From NCBI GenBank assembly GCA_002189035.1, contig NEEC01000015.1, forward strand, positions 2,108,001 to 2,172,000: DNA of 64,000 nt, written 5' to 3'. Source of the DNA: Utricularia gibba (taxonomy: Eukaryota > Plantae > Magnoliophyta). Shown piece after piece: positions 61,678 through 64,000 of this stretch. The position numbers and the translations under genes were made by a program. Numbering within the stretch: position 1 is the stretch's first letter; each line of letters opens with the position of its first letter. The notes below the pieces were generated by a model, which did no database searches, had not been told where the DNA came from, and saw only the letters and a list, made by a program, of their open reading frames with translations.

Positions 61678-63380
61678 CTTCGCAACTCCCGAGATTCGCC
61701 GCCGGCGGGGAATCTCCGCCGTAAATGGCTGATTTCCTCGAGAGTCGTGTGAAGTGAGAAGGACTAAAATAGATGAATCTACTACCGAATAAAAGGAAAT
61801 AATGAGCTATATGCCCCTGAAGTTCCTTATAATTCTTAGAACCACCCCACATGCATTCTAAGTTATAATTTCCACCTCGCGACAAAAGCTCCACATCTTT
61901 TCATTAATTTCCATCCGGCCCCGCTAACTATTCAAAATCAACGTCCTACATAAAATATTGGCGTTTACTATTTTAATAATTTAAATTATTATTTGAATAA
62001 TATTATTGTTAACATTATATATTATATGCAAAAACTTAAAATATTTTATTTCAAATTATAAAAAATAAAATTTCAAAATAAATGTATTTTCCAAAACATA
62101 TTATTTATTAAATATTTATTGTATATATAAATATGAGATTTTTTATTTCAAAAACAATAATGGATTAATAAATTTTCATGGACTTAATTCAATATCTCAT
62201 TTTTAAAGTAAGTCGAATTCCATCAAACCTAAATAAATGAATTATAGAGATACATGAGCGTATCTATTATCAACATTCCACAAAAGATATTCCTATAATA
62301 TACCTAATTCATAAATAAACATTTATGAAATATTAATTGACATTGTATTTGATGAAAACATTTTTCAAGTAAGCAAAAATTATATCTCTTTAATTTATTA
62401 AATTCAAATTTAATTCTAGATTTCTGTTTGATTAAATACAATTTGTTCATGTTGAATACAAAAAATTAAATTAAAAATGATTTTTAAAAAATAGAATTGA
62501 TTTTAGTTGATTTGTTGATTTTTAAACTCGAAACCAAAACTCTCTTTTGTATTTAATACAATAACATACGTTTTTATGACTATTATGACCATTAAGTCAA
62601 CCACATGAGTGTATCAAACACATAGAAAAATAGGTGAAAAACTCCACATCAGGTTCAACTCAATGTTGATATTTTCACTTTTATGGATAGAGAGTGTGTG
62701 ACGAAAATGACATGAATTTTTCTAGTGAAATTTTCTCCATGTGAAAGATTAAGCTGATTATTTATAAAAAATTGATGATTATTAGAGATAAAGTAATGAA
62801 GTATTTAATATATAGAAACATAATATAAAAAGCAGCTTCCAGCTTCTATAGTGATCGAGATGAACCGATAGTCCCAGGGTAAGTTTCTGGGGTCATGTCA
62901 CCTGGGTGCTTATTCTGTTCTCTTGTCAGCTTCGAACCACAGAAATGCGGCTGCATTGCTATTACATGAAACGGTATATGATGATGTGACTTTCGGACCA
63001 AATGTGCTACAGATCACACAACACTCAAAGGCAAAGCTTATTCTTTTGGGTGGAGATAAGCCACCTCAGAAAGTGGGGGGAATTGGAATTAGTTGGGATT
63101 AGCAGAAACAATATGAGGACTTGAAGTGGAATGCATCTAGGGAATAAAGCCATCAAATCTCTAGGCCACAAACAACATTCCCATCGAGGGATCAGCGCCA
63201 TTTGCATCCAATCATCTCTCAAGGTGTTTGGATGAAATAGCAAGGAACATGGTGGTGAAGGAGTGCACTGTCTTTTTTCGATAAATAGATTCTTTGTTCC
63301 CGTTACTCCCCACTCTCAAACCCCAGATGCTTGTATTGTAAAACTTCTTTCTTCATCTTCATCTTTCAAGAAGGAAACCG

Positions 63381-63731
63381 ATGATACGAGACACCACCAT
63401 GGTCCTTGCATTTGCGCCGCAGCCGGGTGCTTATCAACCGGAATGGCGGCAACCGATGCCGCGCCTCCTCGGTGGACTAACGGCCATGGTGGCTTTAATA
63501 GCTCTAGCTCTACTTCTCATGGCTTGCTCCTACTTCAACTGCCAAGAGCGACGGAGACAGAGGGACTTGGAGAAAGGGGAGAATGGTCCGGAAGCAAAGG
63601 CACCGCCGGTTTTCGAAGAGAAGCTGCTGGTGATCATGGCCGGCGAAGCTAAGCCAACTTTTTTAGCTACTCCGGTGGAAGTTAGGGCTTCAAAGCTGAT
63701 GAATGAAGTTACAGTCAGCAACTGTCTGTAA
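63381..63731 (+). CDS. GDU: GLUTAMINE DUMPER family protein, intronless (start at 63381 or 63399)
   Basis: Single TM segment GGLTAMVALIALALLLMACSY and VIMAG domain FEEKLLVIMAGEAKPTFLATP. Confidence 0.88.
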   Translation: MIRDTTMVLAFAPQPGAYQPEWRQPMPRLLGGLTAMVALIALALLLMACSYFNCQERRRQRDLEKGENGPEAKAPPVFEEKLLVIMAGEAKPTFLATPVEVRASKLMNEVTVSNCL

Positions 63732-64000
63732 ATACCATGTAGAGACAATAAGCAAATTCTTGATCTTTTCTCTTTGTTTTTTCTTGCGTGTTGAGACTTG
63801 GAGAAGATGGAGTACAGATGCTTACCCCCTTCTTTTTTTTCCCCCTTTTTTTTAAGAAAAATCAGAATGATTGGATAATTTTTAAAATTTTTGTAAGGCA
63901 CACGTTGAGAATGTAAAGTTTATGATACCCGTAAATGCATTAAGAAAAGATCTGTTCGCGTTCAGGTGTTGATTGGGGATTAAAGATTTTGCCTTTTAAG

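Noticed and set aside
1-64000. Most short ORFs in the supplied track (60-180 aa)
   Set aside because: They are antisense or alternate-frame shadows of real exons, or intron read-through, often with TTG/GTG starts and no recognisable motifs
1-64000. Prokaryotic-type systems (CRISPR, defence islands, operons) or organellar insertions
   Set aside because: The spliceosomal intron structure throughout shows plant nuclear DNA; no repeat-spacer array and no recognisable plastid or mitochondrial sequence

Overview
Eukaryotic nuclear DNA from a flowering plant (eudicot, probably asterid), not a prokaryote. I found no CRISPR array, rRNA, tRNA, operon or intact transposon. The window is very gene-dense: 19 recognisable protein-coding genes in 64 kb, with mostly 70-500 nt introns and short intergenic spacers. 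That density suggests a miniature genome such as Lentibulariaceae (inference only). Gene order: EPCR-like Enhancer-of-polycomb/Tudor gene (-, runs off the left edge), acidic/Lys-rich At4g32610-like gene (+), TIC236 (+, 24 coding exons), cyclin A2 (-), uncharacterised membrane-anchored protein (-), YUCCA (-), CCR4-like nuclease (+), KCS (+), DUF642 (+), At5g21280-like (-), F-box FBX13-like (-), TM9SF/EMP70 (+), ENODL (+), ERH (+), MGD1 (-), TIC55 (+), A1 aspartic protease (+), EDR2-like DUF1336 (-), GLUTAMINE DUMPER (+). The most striking pattern is that five otherwise intact genes are each exactly one base short at a short homopolymer, always in or beside a G/C run. The simplest reading is long-read assembly under-calling rather than biology. 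Other items worth checking: a triple MSA (MYB3R) cluster before the ENODL TATA box, an unexplained stem-loop downstream of YUCCA, two orphan promoter-like units with no recognisable gene (36.4-37.1 kb, 52.0-52.4 kb), a GC-AG intron, a stop-free in-frame intron, G-quadruplex motifs, and a head-to-head MGD1/TIC55 pair. I did not find a convincing new multi-gene system. Family and orthologue names come from recalled motifs, not database searches.
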